Assembly: GCF_027921745.1 (NCBI RefSeq)
Contig: NC_079238.1
Coordinates: 2,294,001-2,358,000 of the forward strand
DNA length: 64,000 nucleotides
Source of the DNA: Schizosaccharomyces osmophilus
Lineage: Eukaryota
Direction of reading: 5' to 3'
Shown: in pieces, positions 38,086 through 50,300 of the stretch
Layout of the letters: every line of letters starts with the position of its first letter
Position numbering within the stretch: the first letter of the stretch is position 1
Translations under genes and position numbers: made by a program
The notes under the pieces: generated by a model
The model's database searches: none
What the model saw: only the letters and a program-made list of their open reading frames with translations
Told to the model about the DNA's origin: nothing

Positions 38086-38439
38086 TCAGTACTTGAGCGT
38101 TTTAGTTCTATGCTTGTTTTCATTCATTTCAGTAGAATCACGAATCTTCAGTGAATAGACACCGTCATCTTTTTTCACAGCCTGCACGACATTATTTCGC
38201 AATATAGAAGCAACCCCGTTTCCCAACTCGATTTTCTCTTTCGCTTGGTCCCCCGCCAGCCCAGCACTTTCACGAAATCCCGATCGAATGCGAGTTCTAG
38301 CATCCTCAAGAATTACAGCGTCCCCTAAATTATAGTAGTTAGCTTCCAGCATTTTGTAGAATCGAAATCATTTTCAACCTTCAAATACTTCTTTACTTGC
38401 TCTCCATAGATTTCGAAAGCACGATCTAGCAGCGGCCAT
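38086..38439 (-). CDS. mzm1: LYR-motif mitochondrial complex III assembly chaperone (Mzm1/LYRM7)
   Basis: MAAARSCFRNLWRASKEVFEG|DAVILEDAR...ILRNNVVQA...LKIRDSTE; intron 38325-38378. Confidence 0.8.
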
Positions 38440-38773
38440 GTTTCCTTGGTTCTTCTTGTTTTGGAATAAAGGCTATCTTGTGATTGTTTGGACTTTAGAG
38501 AAAAGAAATTGAGCGTCTGCAAGGATCGCCTTCTTTATGTTGCCTTCGACTAGGAAGAGACTAAGAAAGGTAGAACGATAACATCAAGAATTAAAGTTAA
38601 GAAAAAGCAGCACAATTTTCATATCTATTAAAATAATAGATCTATACTTTTGTATTTTTTTTTAATTATTTTCTAGACTTCGACCATAACCTTCAAAGTC
38701 ATTTCTTGTACGTATACTGAGCTTCATCAAACGCAAGTACTGCCATAGAACAAGCATATTACTTTATTGGGAA

Positions 38774-39231
38774 ATGGTAAGAAGCATGAAGTAAATGCCA
38801 TTCTAATTTTTCTATAGCTTCCTTTAACCTTATTAAATGCGGCTCAAGGTAGGCCTATACTTGTAGAGCTAAAAAACGGCGAAACCTTCAATGGCCATCT
38901 CGAAAAATGTGATACATATATGAACCTGACTCTACACGAGGTTATACGGACTATGCCTGATGGTGATAGATTCTTTCGACTTCCTGAATGCTATATCCGT
39001 GGAAATAACGTATGTAATTTGACGATGGTAGAATTGTATCAACTAACTTGAAAACAGATTAAATACTTACGAATTCAAGACGAGGTTTTGGAGCAAGTTG
39101 GAAAACAACAAGCACAGCAACGTGAAACTCGTGGATCGAGATTCCGTGGCCGTGGACAACGCGGCCGTGGAGGTTATGGAAACATGAATCCTTCAAATCG
39201 TCGCGGACGTGGACGAGGAGGGCATTATTGA
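38774..39231 (+). CDS. lsm4: U6 snRNP / decapping Lsm4
   Basis: ATG-only first exon, intron 38777-38817, [40 protein letters not shown] tail; missed by the ORF track. Confidence 0.95.
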
Positions 39232-39678
39232 AAAGAATTTTAGTTATGGCGACTTTTGATTAGCGAATTGATCTCTTTATTGATGAACAATCTTTGCGTA
39301 CAACTGCTCTAGGTGATATGGTTGCCTTGGAGCAAAACCATTATCCCTCTTAATTCCACATTATAACCTTTCAATGCGTAGCCTGTTAATGAGAAAAGTG
39401 GTTTCTATTCTCTTGATATTCTTACAAATTTTTATTTCTATTTTTCCTACTTCATAATTTATGGGAATTTGTTTACACTATGTAGAAAAAAGACAGCATG
39501 TCCTTATGGTAGATCTAAAATACCTATTATAGACGATGAATGAATCTAAAAACTTGGCGAGATTATGGAACCAGCCCAAATTCAAGAGTGATAACCGTAA
39601 GCAATCATTGAATGAAATTCTAAAAGACTGAAATTGTACAAGCTATATTAATAAAGATGAAATCTAAAAGATAGAATA

Positions 39679-41595
39679 CTATGTCTTCTTGGTAATTAAA
39701 TTCTTCATCAAATCAAAGCTGTTTCCATCGGGCTGTAGGTAAATACTATTGCCATAAGCAACTCCGGAATGATTGAGAAGCTCAGCAATTAGCAAACCAA
39801 AGTCAGATGTGATTCCTTTAATTCTAGCTTTTTCACCACTTTGCAAATTGACGATCTGCTTATTGTGTAGCCAATACTGATAATATTCTGGCAAGATTCG
39901 AGCAAACCCATCTCGAAGAAGTGTGTAATAATAATGCTCAAAGTAATTAAAAATCTTAGCTAACAAAATCTCAAACCGGAAATACTCTAAAGGGCTCTCT
40001 GGATGTTGCTTGTTCCACTCGTCGACTAGTGTATTCAAAGATATGGTAGGTCCCAGATTACTCACGTTCACTCCACATCCGATCACCAAATGTAAGACAT
40101 CGTTTTCATATGTAGATGTAACAATTATTCCTGAAAGCTTCGTATATCTCTTTTCCTGGTGCAAAGATTCACCTTCACTGACAGATGCGTAAACATCGTT
40201 GGGCCATTTAATAAAGACGGGAATATCCTCATAACCAGGGGCGTAGTTTCTAACACCATTGACGACAGAAAGGGCCATAAGATACTGGAAGAGAGCTACT
40301 GGGGTTGTACTGAAATTTTCGGATGGAACATTCACAATAAAAGAAAATGCTAGTACTCCATAAGGGGAAACCCACATGTTTTGTCCTCTTCCTCTTCCTG
40401 CAGTTTGGTAATTAGCAAATGCGGTAAATCCTGTAGGGAGCCTTTCAAGGAACTTTGGATTGCTATCAAAAAGCGTTTGGGTTGAACGAATGACAGGAGA
40501 AATAAGAATGGGCGAGCCAAAATGACAATCTTTCAAGTTCTTTTGATACAATTTGTAGTCAAAGTGGGACTTTGTATGCTCGTATTCGATTTCCTCATTA
40601 CCAGAACAAATAGAGACAGATGGTTTTGTTTCTTGGTTTAAGTCATCATTTGAATCATGATTCGACGGCGAAGCGTTCGGTAGTGTATGACGGTCTGAGA
40701 CATCTTTAAAATGAAAGTCGTAGGTTTTATCACAGAGGGTATTATGGATTTTATCTTCTTTGAACCAATTAAATAGCCAACTTGTGGATTCATTACAAGG
40801 AAATAAGTACTGATCCGTCACCTTTGGTTGGACACAGCATTCCGAAATATTTTTGGGAATCCTAAGCCCTAGAAGCTTTAACATATGTGCGATGAGTTCT
40901 AATCGCACTGGCTCATCGTGTTCGTCCAGTGTATTATTACCATCTGCACCAAACTCTGGGTGAACTCCTGTCAAGACGACATGCCCTTTACCAATGGGTA
41001 TATAAATAATAGCTGCTGAACGCTCTTTTTCCACTTCGGCATAACGTGCTACAACTCGGACCTTGGGATAGGCTTCAGCATTTACGAATGATCCGCCTCC
41101 ATTGTAATAAATGCGCGTCGTCGTCGTTGTTGCCGAATTTGAACCTTCCATTTGTTCTAATGCTAAAGGAGCGGCCCTTGCACCCTCTTCACTGTCATAG
41201 GCAAATCCGGAAAACGTTGGGCCGGCACAAGTACCTGGGAAAAACTGAAGCTTTCTTGACCCGATGACATTTAAATCTTTGTCAGGCATTCGAAATTCAA
41301 CATTGGCTGACGCAAAGTAGCCGCCCGCGCAAAGACCAAGGTAGCTTCCACCCCGACGAACGAAATCTGTAATGTTCCGATAAATAAGGTCATTGAATGA
41401 ACCACAGTAGCCCAAATCTCTTCCTCCGGGTATTATTAGAAGAGAGGTATTACTTGGCCAAGGATCATGCTCTAGAGTACAAGCGTCCACAAATCGCATA
41501 GAATATTGTGGCACAACGAAAGGAAAAAGGCATTGAAAAGTTCGTGATAAACATGCTTTTGAAACACCGTTTCCATTATATATTAGAACATTCAT
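39679..41595 (-). CDS. bpl1: Biotin-protein ligase
   Basis: BPL_N (MNVLIYNG, PGGRD, GLCAGGY), QTAGRGRG, IKWPND, QPDGNSFD. Confidence 0.95.
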   Translation of the reverse strand: MNVLIYNGNGVSKACLSRTFQCLFPFVVPQYSMRFVDACTLEHDPWPSNTSLLIIPGGRDLGYCGSFNDLIYRNITDFVRRGGSYLGLCAGGYFASANVEFRMPDKDLNVIGSRKLQFFPGTCAGPTFSGFAYDSEEGARAAPLALEQMEGSNSATTTTTRIYYNGGGSFVNAEAYPKVRVVARYAEVEKERSAAIIYIPIGKGHVVLTGVHPEFGADGNNTLDEHDEPVRLELIAHMLKLLGLRIPKNISECCVQPKVTDQYLFPCNESTSWLFNWFKEDKIHNTLCDKTYDFHFKDVSDRHTLPNASPSNHDSNDDLNQETKPSVSICSGNEEIEYEHTKSHFDYKLYQKNLKDCHFGSPILISPVIRSTQTLFDSNPKFLERLPTGFTAFANYQTAGRGRGQNMWVSPYGVLAFSFIVNVPSENFSTTPVALFQYLMALSVVNGVRNYAPGYEDIPVFIKWPNDVYASVSEGESLHQEKRYTKLSGIIVTSTYENDVLHLVIGCGVNVSNLGPTISLNTLVDEWNKQHPESPLEYFRFEILLAKIFNYFEHYYYTLLRDGFARILPEYYQYWLHNKQIVNLQSGEKARIKGITSDFGLLIAELLNHSGVAYGNSIYLQPDGNSFDLMKNLITKKT

Positions 41596-42158
41596 GATTT
41601 TCTCTAAACCTACCGAAATTGGCTGTTAACATATATTTAGTAGTGTTGGGTAATAAGTGATTTTTGGATGCTCTTCAACTCGCAATTAAAGAGTACAGAA
41701 ATGATGCTCATTCCCACGGATTCTCAATGTAAAGGCGTCCAATAATACCATTTATAATTGGCATCGTCGTTGTCGTATAACTTATTTTCTATGATCGCTC
41801 TGAGAGCAATCCAATGAACCCAAGTATGATTTTTCATATGGATTAACCAAAGAACATGGGGCCTAATTGAAAGACTAAATATGCTTGTTTGGCTTGTTGG
41901 ACACTAATTTCGGCGCTTGTTCACTTTTAGCCATGAATCCTTCTATAACAATGAAACCAGAATGAAAGAACAAGAATCAAACGCATTCATTTCTTGAAAC
42001 AAAATCAACTCGTATTCATTTCTGATTAATTTGAATGTAAATAAACACGATGAACTATCGTTTGCTATAAGCTTATGTTTAGATTACACTTGACGAAGTG
42101 GTCCATTTTGATTTCGTAGTAAGGAAACTACAACAAGATTCAGGAAAAACAAAAAACT

Positions 42159-42947
42159 ATGAGACATACAAAATTAGTCTTTGCAATTACAAGGAACGCA
42201 ACTTCCAAGAAGCTGTGTAACTCCAATGGCTGTTTAAAACAACTCAGCATCCCAGGATCATCTCCAAGCTTGCCATCCATATGGTTGAATCATCGTCCTT
42301 TTCATATTTCTAGTTTCTGTGCTGAAAATAGGACAGCTCCTCCAAAAACAAACGAAACCGAAAAAACTTTAAAAAATGAAAATGAGCTTCGTTCAGATGT
42401 ACAGGAAGCAAACATACCGGACATGGGTCCTAATTGGCAAACTTCGTTTTACGGGTTGTCAGCACAGCCTTTTAGCAAGGAGATTAGTAGTACTCTTACA
42501 GCTCCACTTTCACTGGAAGACGTGGAAATAAAACCAGATGGAATCCTTTATCTACCTGAAATCAAATACCGAAGAATCTTAAACAGTGCTTTTGGCCCCG
42601 GCGGATGGGGACTTGCCCCTCGTGGAAACACCACTGTTACAAGTAAATCAGTTTCTAGAGAGTATGCTCTGGTTTGCCATGGCCGGCTTGTGTCAGTTGC
42701 TCGAGGTGAGCAAACTTATTTTGATCCTGAAGGAGTTGCTACAGCGTCTGAGGGTTGCAAATCAAATGCATTAATGAGATGCTGCAAAGACTTGGGAGTT
42801 GCGAGTGAACTATGGGATCCGAGATTTATTCGTACTTTTAAACGTGAGCGTTGCACGGAAGTATTTGTCGAAAATGTCATGACAAAGAAAAAGCGTAAAT
42901 TATGGCGCAGAAAGGAAGACAGATTCACTTATCCTTACAAAGAATGA
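42159..42947 (+). CDS. mgm101: Mitochondrial DNA repair protein Mgm101
   Basis: Presequence-like N-terminus; [45 protein letters not shown]. Confidence 0.95.
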   Translation: MRHTKLVFAITRNATSKKLCNSNGCLKQLSIPGSSPSLPSIWLNHRPFHISSFCAENRTAPPKTNETEKTLKNENELRSDVQEANIPDMGPNWQTSFYGLSAQPFSKEISSTLTAPLSLEDVEIKPDGILYLPEIKYRRILNSAFGPGGWGLAPRGNTTVTSKSVSREYALVCHGRLVSVARGEQTYFDPEGVATASEGCKSNALMRCCKDLGVASELWDPRFIRTFKRERCTEVFVENVMTKKKRKLWRRKEDRFTYPYKE

Positions 42948-43264
42948 TTAGTTTTATAATTACTTTGTTGCAATTGATATTTCTCTTTATTTGTAACTAC
43001 GGTTGGCTTAATTATAACACCATCTTCTAACTATTAATCGAAACTGGAACCACCAGCTCTTTAATCTTTTTTACTTCTACGAATCTTTCCGTGTCATGAA
43101 ACCTATTGTATTAAACCCGTACATATGCAAATCATTGAATGAAATCCCCGTAAGTTTAATCCTTAATTATCATACTTTGAAGAAGTCAAAGAGGTGCCGA
43201 ACCAGACATAAACCGTGTAGAAATCATAAGTATACCCGATGTCTGATATTTCACTTTCGTTACA

Positions 43265-43873
43265 TTAGGAAGATTTCTTGGGAGCATCGTTCTTAGAACC
43301 CGGAGCCGCAGTATCTCCCTTGGGGAAATAATCAATCATGGACCGTAAAAATCCCCAAGAATTAATCAGAAGTTGTTCAGAGTTACTTAGTTGAACTAAC
43401 TTTTCAAGAAAGCCCTGGATTGTATCCTTGTGCTCTCGAAGGAAGGTCGAAATGTACGTTTGATACACATATTCTGAACCGCGCGTCTTGGGGTGTAATA
43501 ACCAAATCCACAGGACAACCTTGGCAGTGCTGTAAAAAGGAACCCAACGTATATAGCTGCCAACCAATCCTTCAATTGAAGTGACACATCCATAAACGCA
43601 CCAGTAAGCCATCAATCGACGACGCTCTTCATCTAAATGAGTTAGCCTCTAGTTTACACTCTTGTTGAACGAAAAGTTCAATTACTTACCAACAGTTTTT
43701 GGTTCATTATTACGAATCTGAAAAGCTTTTGGGATCAATTGATTAGCTTTTGCGGGTACCTCAAGCAACAAATAGCTTCTATATATCGGATATCCTGCTC
43801 CAATTACTGTGCTAATTCATTCTATTAGCGTATTTTCACTTTGTTTTTTTCCTGCTTACCTCAGAATCTCCAT
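43265..43873 (-). CDS. hva22: REEP/HVA22-family ER-shaping protein (Yep1/Hva22/Rop1)
   Basis: Three exons: MEILS|TVIGAGYPIYRSY...|DEERRRLMAYWCV...WVPFY...WLLHPKTRGS. Confidence 0.85.
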
Positions 43874-44373
43874 TTCTGTTATACAAAGTACGGATTTTAG
43901 TTGATTTTACTTAATAAAACCGTTTGTTAAATTTTATAACTAAATTTAGGTACGTACTGAAAGCAATGGATTTGTTTGTATGTAAGTTTTGCCCATGCAA
44001 TACGAGAACGTCGCTTAATACAATATCATACTTAACGAACTCAAAATCACAAGAATATACTGCTTACTTAAATGTAAGTTTCAATGAACGAAGAAAAATT
44101 CGTTGCTACTATAATCATGAAAGACTATACTAGGATTGAAGTCCTTAGACCAACAAAACTATCTACTCAACTCCACACGACGTATCTTTGGAATTTCATT
44201 CTATTAAGTTAAAAACAATCTTTTGATCCACTTAGCTATCGTTACTTGACATTATAAAACCACGTAAAATTGAAAAAGTATTAGGGCAGCGGAAATAAGA
44301 AACACTGCATAAGTAATAAATAGTACAGACGCACATAATCTGATTTAGAAAAAAAAAACAAAACAAAACGGAG

Positions 44374-47300
44374 TTACCAGAAACTGCACCAGCCCACGTA
44401 GCAACGGCAAAGATTTTCTGGTGCTGTCGCTTGCTGGATTAGTCTTTCTACTTGTGTTTTGACAGGCAGTTCTTCTGTTAAATGAAAGTCTTTTCCGGTC
44501 AGCTTATTGGATACCCGTTTTAAAACTTGGATAGATCTTTCATTCAAGTTTTCGGATTCATTATTTTTATCCTCATTGATATAGTCCAAGTGCCGGATTC
44601 GATGAACAAAAGAACGGCTCTTCTCTTCCACACTGCTTGAGCCTGCTTTAAGCGTTGTCGTAACTCCAAACGAACCCTTCGTCATCAGTCTCCAGTTAAT
44701 TAAAGGATCATAAACAAACGCTTCCAAAACTGCCATTAAAGATTCCGTGTTGGATCTTAAAACTCTCAAAACATGCTCGCATGTAATTGTGTAGGTCCCC
44801 TGAATACCACTTACCTCCATGGCGTTGATAAGCATACGAGTGAGTCTAAAGGGTATGTGCTCGGGGAACTTATCTCTATGCATAGCAACTTCAAAACAGT
44901 CGGCGAAATCAATGTGAATAATTTTACCTGTGTATCTATCCATCATTAGGTTCGAAGGGTGTCTATCGCCGAGTCCTAATATATAGCCCACCATTGACAT
45001 CAAAGCTAGACTTTGGGTGAAACTGATCCTTCGATCTAACCATGCTTCTGAGTTGGGGCTTCTGAGCCAAAGTAAATGATATAAGTCATGACCATCTGTA
45101 TTTGCCAGAACAAACTCAAAAACTTCTAGCTTTTGCAAAAGGGTTAAGCTATCATAAGCCGGCGCCATTTGTAGCATCATGCGATGCTCATGGTTCAACA
45201 TGAGATGCCGCTTAGCACGGAAATCGCGAATCAACGAGTGCAAAGTGTCACTATGAGGCACCCAACCAAGCAAACCTGAATTTGGAGACAAAGGTATGAC
45301 GGGATACCTTTCTATACTAAGTCGTCTCTTGAAAGTCTCTGAGTCCGTCGTTAATAAAGTATTACACAGTCCAAATAACTGCATAACTCGTTCATCTTGC
45401 CTCAAATCCTCATGTCCTTTTAAAGCATATTGATAATCTTTTCCGTCACTACCGCGAATGGTAAACCGTCGGGGTCTCTGCTTCGATGAGATAACCTCAA
45501 ATTTACGATGGAAATGAGCAATTTTTATTACAGGCTTGTTATGCCCATACGTTCCTGGTACAGCTAACTCCAAATCGGAAGCATCCAAAAGCTTCGGAGA
45601 TACATACTGCAATTCTAAATGCTTGATTTTGGGCAGCTGTCTTTGGATACGTCTAAAAACTTGATAATATATGTCCCATGACTGATTCAGCTCTGTTGAA
45701 TCATCACTCTTCAAATACTTCTTCCAGCAGTTTTTGGCTCTACGGAGGTCGTATCCAAATGACTGGGCAAAGGAGACTTCCGACAAAGTGGAAGGTCCCT
45801 TTTCTAATATCTCATGAAGAGGTGTAATGATTTCAATCATCAAAGACGTATTATGGTCTGTAAAGTACGCCTGAGAAGCCTCCTCTAATCCCTCATACCA
45901 TAGCTCATGCCATAAAATAGCAACTCGGATCAATTCGTGACTGACTAAAAGGGCTTGGCGTACCAAAACATCACTATGCGAAAGCATACTATCCATAATA
46001 GATTTAGCAGATTGCTTTTGCTGAATATTAGTAGACTTGGAAGACACCGTTAAAGAGTAAACTAATGCCTGAGGGTGAACACGTCCGATATCAGACAGCA
46101 GCTGATGAACCGAAGAACGAACCGACGTGCTGGATGTGTGAATCCGAGCAATTAATTGAGGAATTACCTCTAACCACGTATCCATAGGCACGTTGGAAAA
46201 ACCTTCTGTGATCGCAGCAGCAACACCTTTGTGTTCGCCAAATTTGAACCATAAGTTTAATAATCGTAATATATCCTGTAAAGAATTTTTAGGACTTAAA
46301 GCAGATGACTTAAAGAACCCTCTAATCGCAGGAACAATATATTGTGGATACATTTCTCTCCCAATGCCTGCATCAGATTGCTCATAATACCCAACGACTT
46401 CAAAATTCACAAGTGCCCAAGAATGCCAAGCCTTATACCAGTTTTTGTCACATATAGTCGCATTATAGTAAGAACTCAGAATTTCAGTTACACTTTCCTT
46501 TAACATAGAACGCTGTAACACTTTTTTCCACTTTCCCTGTTTATGAAAGCATCTCGCAAGAAATGATTGTTCATCACTGACTTCATAATCATTTGACAAT
46601 TCACCTGAATCCATAAACGGCATTGCTCGATTAGTTTTATTTCTTGAATATAAAAAACTCGTAAATTCTTCTAAGCTTGCCACAGCAACCTCTTTGTTGT
46701 TATTTGCCCACAAAAACTTTAAATAGGTATATACAACGTGGGGATTTATTGATTTGAGAGAATCCATTGGGTACGGTTTCGAGGGATCACGGCCCATTAG
46801 GTAGTTCAAGCATTTACCGGCCAATTTTAGTCGGTCAGATCTGCGACATAAATTAGCCAATTCAATCCACATTTCTGGCGAGTGTGTAGGAGAAAACACA
46901 AGAGCTCTAAAACGTAGAGTATTATGCCAAACGTCAACATTTTTCTGACACCCCCGAAGCCTTTTTTTCCAGGTTTTCTTCAAGGAATCTAAATTCCCCT
47001 CAAATGACTCATTTTTCTTATAATCGATTATTTCTTCCAGTTCCGATAGCATCTGAGACTTCACCATTATACCATAAGCACGATTGTAGCTTCCTCTAAT
47101 TATAGAAGAAAGGTCATTGACAAGTATATCCCGATGTCTCTCAATATGTAAATAAGCTTTTTCATACTGACACCGATGTACGGCATGGATAGCAGAAAAA
47201 AACTCCTTCTCTTGAGGTTCTCTATCCATGGCACTGACATATTCACTGATTAAACCCCATTGACCAAGACCCCACGCAGCAGCTGCTGCAAGCGGAGCAA

Positions 47301-50300
47301 TAGCTTCACGATGTTCTTGTTCAGACACAACCCACGTTTCCTGGGCCAAATGAGACAGATGATCCCAGTCACCCAAAGCAAAATAGCATCGGAGTTTTCC
47401 GAAACTAATTTCGAAAGAGTGCTCACCTTCAGCTTCCCGTGTCTCGTAGGCTGCTAACGCATCATCCCATCTTTGTAATTTTTCATACCAAGTTTCCTTA
47501 AGGTTGAATTGTTTATGTTGTTTTGCATACTGCAACATGCCAACAGCTGCATCAGATTGTTGAAGATGATTATTTATCGTAATTAGCGATTCAATGGTGC
47601 CAATACTGACATCCTCTTTTGTTTCTTCCATAAACTGCAATTCAGTATAGTGTAAAGCTTTGGCATATACATTAGCTTTTGAAGCATGTGCACTTAATGC
47701 TTCAATAGATATTGGCAGAGCATGATCCTCTCTTTCCATATATTCCGCAAGATTAAGTAAAATTTGAGAAATTTCAACTGATATGTTCGGTGCATTTAAC
47801 GCCGTCTCAACTGACTTTACTAAACTTTTTTTATTACTGGCACCTAACTCGTCCCAACAAGAAAGAAAACTAACGTTAAATAAATCGCGGGAGAGTGGGT
47901 GGTAAATGCCAGCCAAACTAGAACAAGCCCTCAGAGCTGAAGAGGGTGATTCCTTCAATAGTTCGACGCTGAGTCTCCGTATCCAATCTTGCCAATCGTC
48001 TCGAGTGAGTTTCTGTGACGCTTCCCATGAAGCTTTTAATGAAGACTGATCTACGGGTAATTTGGTCAGAGGCGGATCCTCCAATTCAAACTTTAAAGAA
48101 GATATTTGTTGAAATTCATTCGCAATTAAATCCTTTGGTAGGGACTCACCTTTAAGTAATTTTGAGACAAGAAGATCATAAGTCGGATGAGTTATCTTGT
48201 GATGCACAAGAACCTTGTTAATCATAGGAATAAATACTGCATAGTCGTAACCTAATTGGGAAACCACAGCACACAGCGTATCCATTATGACGATTTTTAG
48301 TTCACTGTTTGACTTCGTTAGCATGCGCACTAAAGGATGAATGATACGAGAGGCATGGTCGGAAAAATTAACTAGTTGCAAGAGTTGAGAAATACACTTT
48401 AATGCACTTTTTCGAAATTGCAATGGAACTGAGTCACGTTCAAAACTTCTGATGATAACGGGCAGCACCAGGTGCATGTATTCTTCAATATTAGATCCAA
48501 AAATAACAAATGACTGTAAAAATTTGTAGGAAATCACTCTAGTTGGTGATGTGTCCGAAGAGAAGGATTTCAACATATGAGACAGGATTTGTGGTAAATA
48601 GAACTTAAATTCATCTCCCAATGCGACGGCGATTGAATCAATCAAATCTATTATTACAAGTAAAAGTGATGGAGATGTATTCCAAAAGACTTTTGATAGA
48701 TTAAAGATTTCAGATATATAATCCTTTATTTTCGGCCCCACAATAGAAGTCAAATTTGTGAGTTGCTGAAAATATAATTCTACAGATGAAGGAGACAAGT
48801 TCGTCATTAACTGCAAGAATGTAGGAACTAACTGAGGAAGGAAGGCAACGGATTTAAACTTTAGTTGAGAGCATATATGCATTACTGCTTGGACGACCGA
48901 CGTATGGTGCATTGCTAATGAGCTGTCTTTGAGAATCTGAACCAAGGTTACAACAGCAACCATGGCATAGTTCTCTAAAGAGTCATATTGAGTGCATGGC
49001 AAATTAGAGAAAACACTTTGATGTGTCGACTGACTTTTCTGTAATTTATCAGAAAACTGCTCGGTAGCCAAATAAGTATAAGGATCAAGGGCACCTAAAA
49101 CACCCAAGGTCCTTAAAACTTCTCTTTTAATAGGTGTTGGTTGCTCCGATTGTAATATTTCAATCAATATGTTTAATAAAAAGGGATAATCCATGTATGG
49201 CTGAATAACGTAACCAGAAGCGCCGCAGAGTTGTCTTAAACATTTTAAAGATGCCAACCGTTTTAAAGTTGAGCTTTGATCTTGAAGACTAAATAAAATA
49301 AGCTTCATAAAAGAAGACCGAACGTCTGTAGGAATGTCGTCTCCTTCTACACTTGCTAATTCACCTAGAGCAGCAATGATGGCAGAAGATACTCCCGGAC
49401 TAGGATCAGAACCTTTCGGTAAAATAACATGCATGATAGATTCGATGTAAGGCTTAATGAGCATTCGAGCTTTGGAAACGAGTAGTTTTAATAACTGAGC
49501 ACTCTCTTCTTTTTGACGACTGTTCCCCGAATATTCTAAGTCGGAAAGCAATTGTATAATTGTTTTCCGCAAAGAAGGCATGACATGAGCCGGATTGTAT
49601 AACGCGAGTCGACCAATGATAACAATGGCAATCTCACGGATAGAAAACACCTCGTCATTTAAAGCTATGAAAAGGCAACGAATGTTATCAGGGTGAGCCA
49701 GATGACGATCGAATCGCTCATCTAACAATGAGAGCACAGTTTCTCTAATTCGGGGGTCCGAATCTGCTATTCCTAAAGTAAGAAGCTTTTCGAGTACCTC
49801 AGCAACAGACTCAATAGCTAAAGGGGTAGTTTTACGACACACAGGATCTCTAGCGAAAACCTGGCAGCAAGTTCTGGCGGCGGCAATACGAACTTCGGGA
49901 TTGTCATTATCGAGATAGGATAAAACCGACTCTTGTATGAAGCTGATCAGCGAGTATCCTGTGAAATTGAAGGTACCTAGCGTTTCCAAAGCTAAAATGA
50001 TAGGCTCTACGTTTTTGCAATGCTGATTGGTTTCTCTAGCTGAGTAAAGATTTGTAAAGCTAGGGGTATAGGTGTCGTTATTTCGAATCTCAAAATTTTT
50101 TCCAGTAAGAATCTGACTAACCATATTTAATAAACGTTCTTGAACAGGAGCAAGCAAAGGAGGAATGTTCTCGGCCATCTTAACAAGTGCTTGCCGCAAG
50201 TGTAAGCTTAACTCACAGGAAAATATGAGACCTAAAAGACTACGCGAATCTTCCAATAATTCCAATTTTACAGCGGCAGCAAGCATACCTATACATATAA

